From an uncultured delta proteobacterium (lineage in GTDB: Bacteria > Desulfobacterota > Desulfarculia > JACQYL01 > CAWGVV01), in assembly GCA_963821845.1 (NCBI GenBank), contig CAWGFI010000006.1, positions 316,628-380,627 of the forward strand: a stretch of DNA of 64,000 nt. Direction: 5' to 3'. The notes under the pieces are model-generated. The model ran no database searches and was not told the DNA's origin. It saw only the letters and a program-made list of their open reading frames with translations. Shown here one piece after another: positions 8,830 to 20,497 of the stretch; position 1 is the stretch's first letter, and every line of letters starts with the position of its first letter. The position numbers and the translations under genes are program-made.

Positions 8830-11505
8830 ATGGAAGTGATCACCACACATATCAACGCCGATTTTGACGCTCTGTCCTCGATGTTGGCGGCCAAGCTGCT
8901 GTACCCGGACGCCGTGCTGGCTTTTCCCGGCGCCACCGAACGAAATGTTCGCAACTTTTACGTTGAATCGGTGGTGTACGCCTATGGATTCGAGAAGCTG
9001 AAGAATATCGATCTCGACCGGATAACCCGGCTGATTCTGGTCGATACCCGCCAGTCCTCGCGCATCGGCAAGTTCAAGGATCTGATCGGTCGCCCCGGGG
9101 TGGAGGTGCATATTTACGACCACCATCCTCCGTCCGACGAGGACGTGAGCGGCGACGTGGAATACATCAAGAAGCTCGGCGCCAACACCACGCAGATGGT
9201 GCGGATCATCCGGGAAAGAAACATCCCCATTCCCGAGGACCTGGCCACCGTTCTGGCGCTGGGTATTTATGAAGATACCGGCTCGTTTACCTTTGTGTCC
9301 ACTTCGGAAGAAGATTTCATCGCCGCGGGCTACCTGGTGACCCAGGGCGCCAATCTCAACATGATCTCGGACATGATGCACCGGGAACTGACCGCCGAAC
9401 AGCTCGCGCTGCTCAACGAGCTGGTGCAGTCGGCCCAGAAGGTGACCGTGCAGGGCATCGAGATCGTGGTGGGCAAGGTTTCCACCGACAATTACGTGGG
9501 CGACTTCGCGGTGCTGGCTCACAAATTCATGGACATGGAACACCTGAACGTGCTGTTCGCCATGGCGCTGATGGCCGAACGCATCTACATCGTGGGCCGC
9601 AGCCGGTTGCCGGAGGTGGACGTTGCCGAAATCCTGACCGTTTTCGGGGGAGGCGGCCATCCCGCCGCGGCGTCGGCGTCGATCAAGGGCAAAACGCTTT
9701 TTCAGGTGGAACGGGAACTGAACCGGGTATTGCAGGCCAAGATCAAGCCCCAGCTTTCGGCGCGGGACATCATGAGCTACCCGGTCATATCGGTCAGGCC
9801 GGACCAGACCCTGGCCGAAGTGGGAGAGACGCTCACCCGGTACAACATCAACGTGGCGCTGGTGATGGACGGTCCGACGCTCGTGGGTCACATTACCCGC
9901 CAAGTGGTGGAAAAGGCCTCCTACCACGGGCTACGGGAGCTGCCCGTGTCAGAGTATATGTCCACCGAATTCACCGCGGTTTCGCCGGACACCAACATCG
10001 AGGAAGCGCAGCGCCGTCTGATAGAACACAAGCAGCGGATTCTGCCGGTAATGGAAGACCAGCGGGTCGTGGGCGTGATAACCAGGACCGACCTCCTCAA
10101 CGTGCTCATGGAGGAAGCCCCCCTGACCACCCACGCGTACGAGAGCGCCGAAACCTATGGGTACCTGCGCAGCAAGAACGTGGCGTCTCTTTTACGCGAA
10201 CGATTGCCGCGCCACCTGATCGAGCTGCTCAAGGAATTCGGGGCCGTGGCCGACGATCTCGGTTTCAGCGCCTATGCGGTCGGTGGTTTTATCCGCGACC
10301 TTTTGCTGCGCCGCGCCAACATGGATATCGATATCGTGATCGAAGGCTCGGGCATCGAGTTCGCCAGGAAGTACGCCGCGACCCATGAGGGAGTCAGGTT
10401 CAGAACGCACGAAAAGTTCGGGACCGCGGTCATTATTCTCCCCGATGGCTTCAAGATCGACGTGGCCACGGCCCGGCGGGAATACTACGAATCGCCCGCC
10501 ACGATGCCCATCGTGGAGCTCAGTTCCCTGAAACTGGATTTGTACCGGCGGGATTTCAGCGTGAACACGCTCGCGGTAAAGCTGAACCAGCGCCATTTTG
10601 GGGTGCTCATCGACTTTTTCGGAGCCCAGAAGGATCTCAAGGACCGGGCCATCCGGGTGCTCCACAACCTGAGCTTCGTGGAAGACCCCACCCGCGTGTT
10701 CAGAGCCATCCGGTTTGAAACCCGTTTCGGGTTCCGTATCGGCAAACTCACCGAAGGCCTCATCAGAAACGCGGTCAAGATCGACGTTTTCGACAAGCTC
10801 GCCGGTCGCAGGCTGGCGAGCGAACTGAAACTGCTGCTGTCCGAGGAGCGTCCCTTTCTGAGCGTCAAACGCATGGACGAATTTCAGCTATTACAGCTCA
10901 TTCACCCGTCCATCGTGTGCAATAAACAGCTGGAGGATCTGTTCGACTCCATTGACGGGGTGATCTCCTGGTATGAACTGTCCTTCCTGGAAGAGAAGAT
11001 CGGTCGCTGGAAGATGTTTCTGCTGGGGCTTACCCACAATCTGAGCGGAGCCGAGTTGGACAGTCTGCTGCGGCGTCTGGAAACTCCCCGCAAGGACCGG
11101 CAGGATCTGGTGAACGCCCGCAGGTCGGCGCAGCGCTGTTTGCAGACACTGAACGCCCATCCGAACATGAGCAACGGCGCGATTTACGACCTCTTTATCT
11201 ACCTGGACAATGAAACGCTGCTGTTCATGATGGGCAAGAGCAAAAGTGAGGTTGTTAAAAAAGCCATTTCCCTGTACTTTACGCAACTCAGATCAACCAC
11301 CATTTCCATCAAGGGCAGGGATTTGAAAAAGATGGGTTTTGTTCCCGGCCCCATTTTCAAGGCGATTCTGGAAGAGGTGTTCCACGCCAGACTGGACGGT
11401 CTGGTTCGCTCCCGCAAGGAAGAACTGACCTATATACGCGAGCGTTACCCCGATCCGCCGTCCTTCGCCAGGCCCGAGGAAGATGGAAAACGGGCGGTTT
11501 CATAA
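8830..11505 (+). CDS. cca: DHH-DHHA1-CBS-CBS tRNA nucleotidyltransferase, probably A-adding
   Basis: HINADFDA, YDHH, GGGGHPAAASA, CBS pair, VGGFIRDLLL...DIDIV, DLYRRDFSVN, EDPTRVFRAIRF. Confidence 0.9.
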   Translation: MEVITTHINADFDALSSMLAAKLLYPDAVLAFPGATERNVRNFYVESVVYAYGFEKLKNIDLDRITRLILVDTRQSSRIGKFKDLIGRPGVEVHIYDHHPPSDEDVSGDVEYIKKLGANTTQMVRIIRERNIPIPEDLATVLALGIYEDTGSFTFVSTSEEDFIAAGYLVTQGANLNMISDMMHRELTAEQLALLNELVQSAQKVTVQGIEIVVGKVSTDNYVGDFAVLAHKFMDMEHLNVLFAMALMAERIYIVGRSRLPEVDVAEILTVFGGGGHPAAASASIKGKTLFQVERELNRVLQAKIKPQLSARDIMSYPVISVRPDQTLAEVGETLTRYNINVALVMDGPTLVGHITRQVVEKASYHGLRELPVSEYMSTEFTAVSPDTNIEEAQRRLIEHKQRILPVMEDQRVVGVITRTDLLNVLMEEAPLTTHAYESAETYGYLRSKNVASLLRERLPRHLIELLKEFGAVADDLGFSAYAVGGFIRDLLLRRANMDIDIVIEGSGIEFARKYAATHEGVRFRTHEKFGTAVIILPDGFKIDVATARREYYESPATMPIVELSSLKLDLYRRDFSVNTLAVKLNQRHFGVLIDFFGAQKDLKDRAIRVLHNLSFVEDPTRVFRAIRFETRFGFRIGKLTEGLIRNAVKIDVFDKLAGRRLASELKLLLSEERPFLSVKRMDEFQLLQLIHPSIVCNKQLEDLFDSIDGVISWYELSFLEEKIGRWKMFLLGLTHNLSGAELDSLLRRLETPRKDRQDLVNARRSAQRCLQTLNAHPNMSNGAIYDLFIYLDNETLLFMMGKSKSEVVKKAISLYFTQLRSTTISIKGRDLKKMGFVPGPIFKAILEEVFHARLDGLVRSRKEELTYIRERYPDPPSFARPEEDGKRAVS

Positions 11506-11520
11506 CCAAAACCGGATACC

Positions 11521-12157
11521 ATGGCGAACATATATCAAATAGCGATGCAAGTGGCCATCCTGGCGCCTCCCATACTGCTGGCGGTCACGGTTCATGAAGT
11601 GGCGCACGGCTACGTGGCCGACCGGCTGGGCGACAACACCGCGCGGCTGGCGGGACGCCTGACGCTGAACCCCATTAAGCACCTGGACCCCATCGGTACG
11701 CTGGTGTTTCTGATCACCCGCATGATCGGCTGGGCCAAGCCCGTGCCCGGTCAATCCGCTGAACCTCGGGAATCCTAAGCGGGACATGATCTGGGTTTCG
11801 CTGGCCGGGCCCGCTTCCAATCTGGCCATGGCGGTGTTGTTCGCCCTGGTCTATCGGCTTCTGGACGGCGCGCGGTTCGCTTCCGATTTCATGGCCGCGA
11901 TCTATCTTCCACTGTTTTACATGGTGGAGGCGGGGGTGGTCATCAACGTGGGGCTGGCCATTTTCAACCTCATCCCGATCCCTCCCCTGGACGGCTCCAA
12001 CATCCTCATGGGCGTCTTGCCTCCCAAGCAGGCGCGTTCATACGCCCAACTAAGCCGGTACGGGTTTATCATCCTGATTGCGCTGGTATTTTCCGGAGCG
12101 CTCCGATACGTCGTGTATCCCGTTATCCATACCATCATCGCGGCCTTGCTGGGATGA
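11521..12157 (+). CDS. Site-2 protease (M50) family, one +1 frameshift at ~11746-11750 (probable sequencing error)
   Basis: HEVAHG, GRLTLNP, AGPASN, FNLIPIPPLDGS; removing one base in CCCGG restores GWAKPVPVNPLNLGNPKRDM. Confidence 0.88.
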
Positions 12158-12184
12158 ACGAAACCGAACAACGGGCGGAAAGCT

Positions 12185-12928
12185 ATGGCGGACCAGGAAT
12201 ACAGGGTAAAACTCGATCTTTTTGAAGGTCCGCTGGATTTGCTGCTGTTCCTGATCAGAAAGAGCGAGCTGGATATTTACGATATCCCCATCGCCACCAT
12301 TACCGAACAATACCTCGAGTACCTGGACCTGATGCGCTCGCTGAACGTCAATCTGGCGGCCGATTTTTTGACCATGGCGGCCACCTTGGTGCACATCAAG
12401 TCCAAGACCCTGCTGCCCAGCCATGCGGACGACGAGGATGAAGAAGACCCGCGCATGGAAATCGTGCGGCCGCTCCTGGAATACATGAAGATGAAGGAAG
12501 CCGCGACCATCCTGGAAGACCGGGAAATACTGAACCGGGATGTATTCATCCGGGATTTTGTCGCCGATGAGTTGAAGGAACTCGATGACGATCGGGAACT
12601 GGCGCCGGTAAGCCTGTACGATTTGTTGAAAGCGTTCAAGCAGATCATGGAGCAGCGGGCGGTGGCCAAAAACGTGCGTCTGCCGTCGGAGCGCATTTCC
12701 GTACAGGATTTTATGGACAAAATCATGGAAATAACCAGGAGCCGGGAAAAGCTGCTTTTTTCGGACCTGTTTCCTTCCGGCGCTTCCAAGGAGGTTTTCA
12801 TCACTCTGTTTCTGGCGGTCCTGGAACTGGTGAAACTGGGCCGTATCAGCGTGTTCCAGGAAATGACCGCCGCCGCCATTTCCCTGTTCGTCACGGCCAA
12901 GGGCGCGGGGGAGGCCCAGGCGTCATGA
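12185..12928 (+). CDS. scpA: Segregation and condensation protein A
   Basis: FEGPLDLLLFLI, DIYDIPI, FLTMAATLVHIKSKTLLP, FLAVLEL. Confidence 0.95.
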   Translation: MADQEYRVKLDLFEGPLDLLLFLIRKSELDIYDIPIATITEQYLEYLDLMRSLNVNLAADFLTMAATLVHIKSKTLLPSHADDEDEEDPRMEIVRPLLEYMKMKEAATILEDREILNRDVFIRDFVADELKELDDDRELAPVSLYDLLKAFKQIMEQRAVAKNVRLPSERISVQDFMDKIMEITRSREKLLFSDLFPSGASKEVFITLFLAVLELVKLGRISVFQEMTAAAISLFVTAKGAGEAQAS

Positions 12929-13497
12929 GCGTAGCCGCCCTCAAACCCATCGTGGAGTGTCTGCTGTTTCTTTCCGACACCCCGCTGTCCCTGAAAAAGC
13001 TGGTGGAAATCCTCGATTCGACCCGCCCAGAAGACATCCGGGAGGCCATCGAGGTTATAAAAAAGGAATATGACGGTCCCGACAAGGGGATGCGGGTGAA
13101 GGAAGTGGCCGGAGGATATCAGTTCCGGTCCCGTTCCGACTTCAAGGAATACGTCAAGCGTTTGCGAAAGGCGCAGGTTTCCCGTTTGAGCAAACCGGCC
13201 CTGGAAACGCTCTCCATCGTCGCCTACAAGCAACCGGTCATGCGCTCGGAAATCGAGCGTCTCAGGGGGGTCGATTGCGGCGGCGTGCTCCGGTATCTCC
13301 TGGAAAAGGAAATGATTCGCATCGTGGGGAGGAAGAATGTCCCCGGCAGGCCGCTCATCTACGGGACCACTCCCTATTTTCTGGAAATGTTTGATTTAAA
13401 GGATCTTTCGGATCTTCCTTCCCTCGAGGAACTGAAATTGATCGACGTCGAGACTGGAGATTATGAACCAGATACGGTTACAGAAAGCGCTGGCTGA
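12925..13497 (+). CDS. scpB: Segregation and condensation protein B
   Basis: LSKPALETLSIVAYKQPV, IERLRGV, GRPLIYGTT; ATGA overlap with scpA. Confidence 0.95.
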   Translation: MSVAALKPIVECLLFLSDTPLSLKKLVEILDSTRPEDIREAIEVIKKEYDGPDKGMRVKEVAGGYQFRSRSDFKEYVKRLRKAQVSRLSKPALETLSIVAYKQPVMRSEIERLRGVDCGGVLRYLLEKEMIRIVGRKNVPGRPLIYGTTPYFLEMFDLKDLSDLPSLEELKLIDVETGDYEPDTVTESAG

Positions 13498-14212
13498 GGC
13501 TACCCAATATTCCCGGCGAAAAGCCGAGGAAATCATCGCGCAGGGCAGAGTGGCGGTCAACGGGACGGTCGTGTCCGAACAGGGAGTTAAGGTCGACCCC
13601 TCCCGCGATGAGATAACCCTGGATGGCAAGGTTGTGAGCGTTCGGGAGCGGTTGATCTACCTCATGCTGAACAAGCCTCGCGGCGTCATCTGCGCGTTGA
13701 GCGACCCCCAGGGGCGGCCGCTGGTAACGGATCTGCTCAAGGGAATTCGCGAAAAGGTGTACCCTGTGGGGCGTCTGGACCTGGATTCGGAAGGTCTGCT
13801 CATGCTCACCAACGACGGCGCCTTTACCCTGAAAATGACCCACCCCCGATACGGTATACCAAAGAGCTATCAGGCCCTGGTAAAGGAAGCGCCGAGCGAG
13901 ACCAAGCTGAACATGCTCAGGGAGGGGATCACGCTTGAAGACGGCCCCACGGCCCCGGCCAGGGTTTCCATCCTGAAGAGCGAAGGCAAGAAGGTCTGGG
14001 TCGGCGTGACCATAACCGAAGGCAGAAAACGGCAGGTCCGCCGAATGCTGGCCGCCGTAGGCGCTCAGGTGCTGCGTCTCAAAAGGGTCGCCGTGGGGGA
14101 CCTGGAGCTCAGGGGGTTGCGGCAGGGCTCGTACCGCTACCTACACTCGGCTGAAGTGCATTCGCTCCTGCAGTCCTGCGACAGGGCGGCTCGCAAGGCG
14201 GGCCGCTCCTAG
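13463..14212 (+). CDS. rluB: RsuA/RluB-family rRNA pseudouridine synthase
   Basis: S4 domain (RLQKALA, SRRKAEE), NKPRG, VGRLDLDSEGL, EGRKRQVRRM; follows scpAB. Confidence 0.9.
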   Translation: MNQIRLQKALAEATQYSRRKAEEIIAQGRVAVNGTVVSEQGVKVDPSRDEITLDGKVVSVRERLIYLMLNKPRGVICALSDPQGRPLVTDLLKGIREKVYPVGRLDLDSEGLLMLTNDGAFTLKMTHPRYGIPKSYQALVKEAPSETKLNMLREGITLEDGPTAPARVSILKSEGKKVWVGVTITEGRKRQVRRMLAAVGAQVLRLKRVAVGDLELRGLRQGSYRYLHSAEVHSLLQSCDRAARKAGRS

Positions 14213-14245
14213 TCCGCCGTTCCGTTATTTCCCGTTCATTTTTTG

Positions 14246-14473
14246 CTGGATTGTCCGGTCAAGCCGGGCAATGACGAGAGCGGTAAACCACGCCGGCCTT
14301 GTCATGCGCCGCTCTCTCCAGCCCCTCATCTGCTCGGACTTGATCGAGTAACGTCATACAGCGCAGTCCCGCGTCATGCAGTCAGCGCACTACCGTGTCA
14401 TGCGCCGATCTCTCCCTCTCGTCATGCGCCGATCTCTCCCCCTCGTCATGCCCCGGCTTGACCGGGGCATCCA
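14246..14473. repeat. Inverted pair of CGTC-type REP palindromes enclosing a tandem array of ~20-27-bp GTCAT-headed units
   Basis: CTGGATTGTCCGGTCAAGCCGGGCAATGACG (reverse copy) and CGTCATGCCCCGGCTTGACCGGGGCATCCA; GTCATGCGCCGATCTCTCCCYCTC twice at 14397-14444 plus degenerate units. Confidence 0.8.
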
Positions 14474-14686
14474 CGCCCTTCATCGGTCTCAATTCGCGAC
14501 GGTTCACTCCGCAATGGAAACTGGCGCTTTTTCATAATATTTCAGGAGTAACCGCCGATATAGTTTTATAGATAAATATTCCACGCGTTCCGAACGACGG
14601 CGAAGCGACTGAATGCCGAAAGACGCTCCGGATACACAATTTCATACTCCATCGTGTTCGTTTCGAAAGAACGAGGTCCTTAAAGA

Positions 14687-17600
14687 ATGGCGAACGAATC
14701 ATCTCCGGCGAGGGGCGGGAAAAAATCCGCCCTGATACCGATTCTATGGTGGCGCATTGTGGACAGGCTCTGCCCCGGAGCCGACAACGGCGAAGGGGAT
14801 TTATCGTTCTGGCGGGAACGCATCGTCACCGTAACGCTTTTATCCGGCGTTCTCTTTGCGCTGTATCCCTACATCCAGGGCATGATCCTGTCGTTCAAGG
14901 AAGGGTCGTGGGGAATCATAATCGTGGACAACATGGTGTATATGGGCGCGGTTGTCCTGCTACTGGCCCGTCGGCTGAAATTCGAAATTCGCGCCGTCGG
15001 GACCCTGATCATGCTCTACGCAGTCGGTCTGACGGTCCTGCTGTATCGCGGGCCGGTCACCTCCGGCCTGATCTTTCTCTTCGCCTTTTCCCTGTTCGGC
15101 GGTGTGTTGTTGGGCCTTCGCGCCGCCGTCGCGGCGATTCTCATCAATTGCCTCAGCCTGATATTCATAGGGTGGCTCATCGAGGCCGGCATGCAGAATT
15201 GGGCCGGCGATCTGGGGATTTCCGTGACGCGCTGGACGGTTACGGCCGCCAACTTTTTCTTCCTGGCCGGAGCGGCCTCCATATCCACGGCCGTGCTGAC
15301 CGAAGGGCTTCAGTCCAGCTTGCTCAAGGAACGCAACGCGACCGAAAAACTCAAAAAAGACGCGGCGGAACGGTTGCGCATGCAGGAGGCGCTTTGGGAA
15401 AGCGAGGAAAGGCTGAATCTGGCGGTGAAAGGCTCCAATGACGGCCTCTGGTATTGGGCCGACGTGAATCAGGACGAACAGTGGTGGTCTCCCCGCATCT
15501 ACGAATTTTCCGGGTATGAGCCCAATGAGGTCCGGCCGTGCCTGTCGTCGATTCTGGCGCTGATTCATCCGGATGACACCAGATCGTTTATCAAGGCGCT
15601 CAACGGCCATCTGAAGGAACGTAAGCCCTATGATTGCGAGTACCGGGTCCAAATGAAATCCGGCGCGTACCGGTGGGTTCGCTCTCGCGGTGAGGCGGTA
15701 TGGGATGAAACCGGCAAACCCGTCAGGATGGCCGGTTCCAACGTGGACATACACGAGCGCAAGATGGCCGAGATCAAGCTCAGGGAAAGCGAGGAACGCT
15801 ACCGGGAACTTGTGGAGAACATGCCCATCGCCTGTTACACCTTCGATCGGGACGGCAGAATTCTCTCCTGGAACCGGGAGGCGGAAAACGTCTACGGCTA
15901 TACCGGCCGGGAGGCGGTCGGTAACGTTTGTTACAACCTGATCGCGCCCCGGGGCGAGGAAGCGGCGAAGCGGGAGATCATACGCCGGGTGTTCTCGGGA
16001 GAACGTTTGGTGGGAATGGAATGGGCGGTCCGGCGCAAGGACGGACAGACGGGTTGGGCTTTTGGAAACGCGTTCCCCATCCTGATCGAAGACGGCGTCG
16101 TCGAATACGGCGTCAACATGAATATTGACGTCACCGCGCAGAAACAGGCCGAGAACGCCCGCACGCTGCTTGCCGCCGCCGTCGATCAGGCGCAGGAAAT
16201 CATTGTCATGACCGATACGGAAGGGATGATCGAGTACGTCAATCCGTCGTTCGAACGCATCACCGGCTATGCCAGCGATGAAGTCATCGGCATGAACCCG
16301 AGAGTCCTGAAAAGCGGCAGGCACGACAAATCCCTGTACCAGGAAATGTGGTCCACCATAAAACAGGGCAAGAGCTGGCGAGGCCGGTTGGTGAACAGGA
16401 AAAAAGACGGCGACCATTATGAAGAAGAAGCGACCATCACGCCCATCCGGATGGCGGGCGGAAACATCACTCATTTCGTCGCGGTCAAAAGGGATGTAAC
16501 CCAGGAATCCAAGCTGGAAGAGCAGCTCTGGCGCAGCCAGAAAAACCAGGCACTGGGAACCCTGGCCGGCGGTATCGCTCACGACTTCAACAACATCCTG
16601 TCGGCGATCATCGGTTATTCGGAGCTGACCCTGGGAGATCTGCCCGATGACAGTTCGTCGAAGAACTACCTGGGAGAAGTGCTCAAGGCGGGGAAACGCG
16701 CCAAGGACCTGGTGAACCAGATTCTCACCTTTACCCGTCACATGGAACGGGAACGAGCGCCCATCCGGGTGAGCCTCATCGTCAAGGAAGCGCTCAAATT
16801 GCTGCGGCCGTCACTACCGTCCACCATTGAGATTCGCTGGAATCTGGACACCAACGGCGTGGTAGTCGCCGACGCCACGCAGATACATCAGCTCATCATG
16901 AACCTGTGTACCAACGCCTACCACTCCATGCGGGAAAAGGGAGGCGTGCTGGAGGTCACCACGTCCGAAGTCCCGATCACCCCGGAAATGACCAAGACGT
17001 ATCCCGACCTCCATCCCGGGACCTACCTGATGTTGACCGTCAAGGATTCGGGACACGGCATCGCCCCCTCCATCGTGGATAGAATTTTCGATCCCTACTT
17101 CACCACCAAGGAAAAGGGGGAGGGGACGGGGCTGGGGCTCGCCGTGGTCCACGGCATCGTGAAAAGCCACGGGGGCGCCATAAGCGTCCGGAGCGAACCG
17201 GGCAAGGGCTCCGAATTCCAGGCCTTCCTGCCGCTGGTCATGACCAAGGAAGCCGAGGACGCTCCGCGGATGGAAACCATTCCGCGCGGAAACGAGCGGG
17301 TGCTTGTCGTTGACGACGAGGAACAGCTCGCCACGCTGGGGAGTAAAATGCTCGAACGGCTGGGCTACCGCGTGACGACTTCCACGAGCAGCGTCGAGGC
17401 GCTGAACCTCATCCGTGAAAACCCCGGCCGGTTCGACGTGGTGGTCACGGATATGACCATGCCGGACATGACCGGAGCGGAATTGTCCCGGGAGATTCTG
17501 GCTCTGCGGGAGGATCTGCCCATTATCTTATGCACGGGTTACAGTGAACTGATCACCCGGGAGCAGGCCCGTGAGTTGGGGGTCAGCGATTTCCTGGAAA

Positions 17601-17755
17601 AACCGGTCACCACCACCGGGCTGGCGAAAGCCGTTCGCAAGGCCGTGGGCAAGCGGAAAAGCGCCCGGGCGGTAAAATTGCCGGACCATGAGAGCCGCTC
17701 GTCCGAAGGTTTGAAAACGATCCAACGAAGCGAGCGGCAAGAAATGACCTTATGA
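14687..17755 (+). CDS. Membrane-bound multi-PAS hybrid sensor histidine kinase
   Basis: TM N-terminus, three PAS/PAC domains, [24 protein letters not shown], receiver. Confidence 0.95.
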   Translation: MANESSPARGGKKSALIPILWWRIVDRLCPGADNGEGDLSFWRERIVTVTLLSGVLFALYPYIQGMILSFKEGSWGIIIVDNMVYMGAVVLLLARRLKFEIRAVGTLIMLYAVGLTVLLYRGPVTSGLIFLFAFSLFGGVLLGLRAAVAAILINCLSLIFIGWLIEAGMQNWAGDLGISVTRWTVTAANFFFLAGAASISTAVLTEGLQSSLLKERNATEKLKKDAAERLRMQEALWESEERLNLAVKGSNDGLWYWADVNQDEQWWSPRIYEFSGYEPNEVRPCLSSILALIHPDDTRSFIKALNGHLKERKPYDCEYRVQMKSGAYRWVRSRGEAVWDETGKPVRMAGSNVDIHERKMAEIKLRESEERYRELVENMPIACYTFDRDGRILSWNREAENVYGYTGREAVGNVCYNLIAPRGEEAAKREIIRRVFSGERLVGMEWAVRRKDGQTGWAFGNAFPILIEDGVVEYGVNMNIDVTAQKQAENARTLLAAAVDQAQEIIVMTDTEGMIEYVNPSFERITGYASDEVIGMNPRVLKSGRHDKSLYQEMWSTIKQGKSWRGRLVNRKKDGDHYEEEATITPIRMAGGNITHFVAVKRDVTQESKLEEQLWRSQKNQALGTLAGGIAHDFNNILSAIIGYSELTLGDLPDDSSSKNYLGEVLKAGKRAKDLVNQILTFTRHMERERAPIRVSLIVKEALKLLRPSLPSTIEIRWNLDTNGVVVADATQIHQLIMNLCTNAYHSMREKGGVLEVTTSEVPITPEMTKTYPDLHPGTYLMLTVKDSGHGIAPSIVDRIFDPYFTTKEKGEGTGLGLAVVHGIVKSHGGAISVRSEPGKGSEFQAFLPLVMTKEAEDAPRMETIPRGNERVLVVDDEEQLATLGSKMLERLGYRVTTSTSSVEALNLIRENPGRFDVVVTDMTMPDMTGAELSREILALREDLPIILCTGYSELITREQARELGVSDFLEKPVTTTGLAKAVRKAVGKRKSARAVKLPDHESRSSEGLKTIQRSERQEMTL

Positions 17756-19357
17756 AGAAGGATTCGAAGCGCCGGTTTTGCCCTGGGCGGGTTTTCTGGG
17801 ACCCCGGGGCCGTCTTCTCCGGGGCTTGGCGTCCGATGTGGACTCCCGCCGATTGTCCGGGGAACTCTTCCGGGGGCGCGGCGGTCTGCTTCGTTTCGCG
17901 CCGGGGGGAAGCTCCGGCATGGTCAGCCAGTCGTCATCCGGCTCGATGCAGCTCAATTTGCCTCCGATAAACTCCTCAATGGCGGGAATATAAAAGGCGT
18001 CCATCTCGTCGGCGAAACTGATCGACGTTCCCTCGGACCCTGCCCGGCCCGTGCGCCCGATGCGGTGCACGTAGTCTTCGGGATCGTGGGGCAGCTTGAA
18101 ATTGATGACGTGATTCATGCCCTCGATGTGAATACCCCGCCCGGCCACGTCCGTCGCCACCAAAGCCCGTATCTTTCCGGCCTTGAAGTCGTCCAGGCGG
18201 CTGACTCGCTTTTTCTGCGGAATATCCCCGGATAGCTCCGTGCAGTTGATCCCGTAGCGGGTAAGGGTTTCCGTGAGCTTGCGCACCTGGTCGCGCCGGT
18301 TGCAGAAAACCAGCACGCGGTCCAGGTTCTTGCGCTCGATAATGTTGTACAACAGGGCGAACTTCTGGTTGTCGGTCACGATGTAAACGATCTGTTCCAC
18401 CGTATCCACCGCGACCTGCGTGGGTTCGATTTCCACGGTCACCGGGTTGGTGGTCCACTGGTCGGCCAAGCGGATGATTTCGGCGGTCAACGTGGCGCTG
18501 AAAAGCAGGGTTTGCCGCTTTTCCGTGGGCGGCGTGGCGCCGATGATTCTGCGCACGTCGGGAATAAAACCCATGTCCAGCATCCGGTCGGCCTCGTCGA
18601 TGATCAGCGTTTCGCATTTCCTGAGCGAAAGGTCGCGGCGGCGCTGGAAGTCGAGCAGTCGTCCGGGAGTGGCCACGATAACGTCCACCGGCCCGGCGGT
18701 CAGGAGCTTGCGTTGTTTCTCGTAATCCATGCCTCCGTAAACCGAAACGATTTTCAGAGGGCAGTATTTGGCGAGTTGAAAAGCTTCGCCCGCGATCTGC
18801 ATGACCAACTCCCGCGTGGGGGCGAGGATCAGAACGCGCGGCGAGCCGGGCTGGCGCTCCCCCTGCAGCGGATTTTTCAGCATCCGCTCGATGATGGTTA
18901 TCAGAAACGCCGCCGTTTTTCCGGTGCCGGTTTGAGCCCTGCCGGTGGCGTCTCTTCCGGCGAGCGCGGACGGCAGTATTTCGGCCTGGATGGGCGTGCA
19001 GTATTCAAAACCCAGATCGTGTATAGCGCGCATCAGCGGGTCGGGAAGGTTGAAATCGTGAAATCTGGTTTTTCCCTCCGCCGGTTCAACCTGAAAATGG
19101 GAAGGCTCCCATTTCTTTTGAGGAGCCGCGGCGGCCGGCGGGCCTGATGCTTCCGCGTCCGACGGTTTGCGAGGCTTTCTTGGGGGCCGCTTCGTAGGAG
19201 CGGAAGGACTTTCCGCTGAGGCGGGAACAGGGCTTGCGGCGGCCGGGGAAGCCGTTGGGGCCGGATTTTGCTTTTTGACCGGGGCTGGAGCTGGTTTCAG
19301 AGGATCCTTGGCGATCAGACCTAGTTTGATGAGCATTTTTTGTACAAAAGTCGTCAT
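17750..19357 (-). CDS. rhlB: DEAD-box RNA helicase, RhlB-like
   Basis: [47 protein letters not shown]; Pro/Ala-rich N-terminal extension. Confidence 0.88.
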   Translation of the reverse strand: MTTFVQKMLIKLGLIAKDPLKPAPAPVKKQNPAPTASPAAASPVPASAESPSAPTKRPPRKPRKPSDAEASGPPAAAAPQKKWEPSHFQVEPAEGKTRFHDFNLPDPLMRAIHDLGFEYCTPIQAEILPSALAGRDATGRAQTGTGKTAAFLITIIERMLKNPLQGERQPGSPRVLILAPTRELVMQIAGEAFQLAKYCPLKIVSVYGGMDYEKQRKLLTAGPVDVIVATPGRLLDFQRRRDLSLRKCETLIIDEADRMLDMGFIPDVRRIIGATPPTEKRQTLLFSATLTAEIIRLADQWTTNPVTVEIEPTQVAVDTVEQIVYIVTDNQKFALLYNIIERKNLDRVLVFCNRRDQVRKLTETLTRYGINCTELSGDIPQKKRVSRLDDFKAGKIRALVATDVAGRGIHIEGMNHVINFKLPHDPEDYVHRIGRTGRAGSEGTSISFADEMDAFYIPAIEEFIGGKLSCIEPDDDWLTMPELPPGAKRSRPPRPRKSSPDNRRESTSDAKPRRRRPRGPRKPAQGKTGASNPSS

Positions 19358-19809
19358 TTTTAGAAGCGCTACTCCTTTATCTCAAATTTAATCACTAATG
19401 TCGAAACGGCCGCCTGCTCCATGGCGCCGAAATATAATCGGCCGAGGCCTTTCCGCCTGAATTCCGGAATATTTACTAAGAGAATGTCTCTTTAATCTTT
19501 TTGAGGCTTTATAAAATTAGCGTAAACTACGTAATAAGCCAGCATAACCTATTATCATACCCGCCTTCAACCATAAGATGAAGATCGGGGGCCACAGTGT
19601 AAGGAATCTTCGGTCCATCCGGCGTCTCTGAAAGCTCTGTTAATCATTTTTTAATAAGAAGTATTCCTCGCCCCGCTGGAAATAATCGGGAAACCTCGAA
19701 CATAACCTTACGGGAGCCGCCCACAAGAAGGGCTTAATGTGCAATAATAATGAGGACCGTTAAACGCGCGTGTTGGTGGAACGTTATAAATCAGTGAGGA
19801 GGAACCGCG

Positions 19810-20364
19810 ATGAAAATGCAACCGATCGCCCCTTTGATGATCGAACACCGGCTGATAGAAAGAATGATCGCGGTCATGGGTCGCGAGGTGGAGCGCATGA
19901 CGAGAAGCGACAAGGCGAATCCCGATTTTATCGTCACGGCCGTCGATTTTATCAGAACGTACGCCGACCATTGCCATCATGGGAAAGAGGAGAATATCCT
20001 GTTTCGCGATCTGAAAAAGAAGCCCCTTTCTCCCGAACACGCCCAAATCATGAACGGACTTATCGAAGACCACAAGCGGGGACGGGAGCTGACCGCCAAA
20101 ATGGTCGAAGCCAATAAAAAATACCTCGAAGGCGACACCGGAGCCGCAGCCACGCTGCGGGAGTGTATGTCCGCGCTGGCGGAGTTCTATCCCCGGCATA
20201 TCGAAAAAGAGGACAAACATTTCTTCATCCCGGTCATGGAGTATTTCACGCAGGAAGAAAAAGACGCCATGCTGCGCGAGGAAGAGGAATTCGATCGGAA
20301 TCTTATCCACGAAAAATACCGGGCCATTGTTCAAGCGTCCGAACAAACCGTTTCAGCCGCTTAG
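19810..20364 (+). CDS. Hemerythrin/HHE cation-binding domain protein
   Basis: EHRLIE, DHCHHGKEENILF, EDH, HIEKED. Confidence 0.88.
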   Translation: MKMQPIAPLMIEHRLIERMIAVMGREVERMTRSDKANPDFIVTAVDFIRTYADHCHHGKEENILFRDLKKKPLSPEHAQIMNGLIEDHKRGRELTAKMVEANKKYLEGDTGAAATLRECMSALAEFYPRHIEKEDKHFFIPVMEYFTQEEKDAMLREEEEFDRNLIHEKYRAIVQASEQTVSAA

Positions 20365-20497
20365 AAACGCGATCTTAACCGAACGAACATATTATTAATT
20401 CCGCCTTGCTCTCCATATTATAATGAGATGTGGTATTATAATCGGAGGGCTTCAAGGTCGGCCCTCGGTCATTCGTGTTCCTTATGCGCAGAGGTGA

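Noticed and set aside
14301-14473. Possible mini-CRISPR array
   Set aside because: Units are ~24 bp head-to-tail with only a 5-bp shared head, no constant repeat plus unique spacer pattern, and no cas genes
14960-16741. Long antisense ORFs (e.g. 593 aa here, 568 aa at 51953-53659, 493 aa at 21659-23140, 473 aa at 57142-58563)
   Set aside because: Shadow ORFs opposite well-supported genes in GC-rich DNA, with no recognisable motifs
20434-20447. TATTATAATCGGAG identical to 59296-59309
   Set aside because: A 14-mer built around a -10 box, in different orientation relative to the nearest gene; chance or promoter convergence is sufficient
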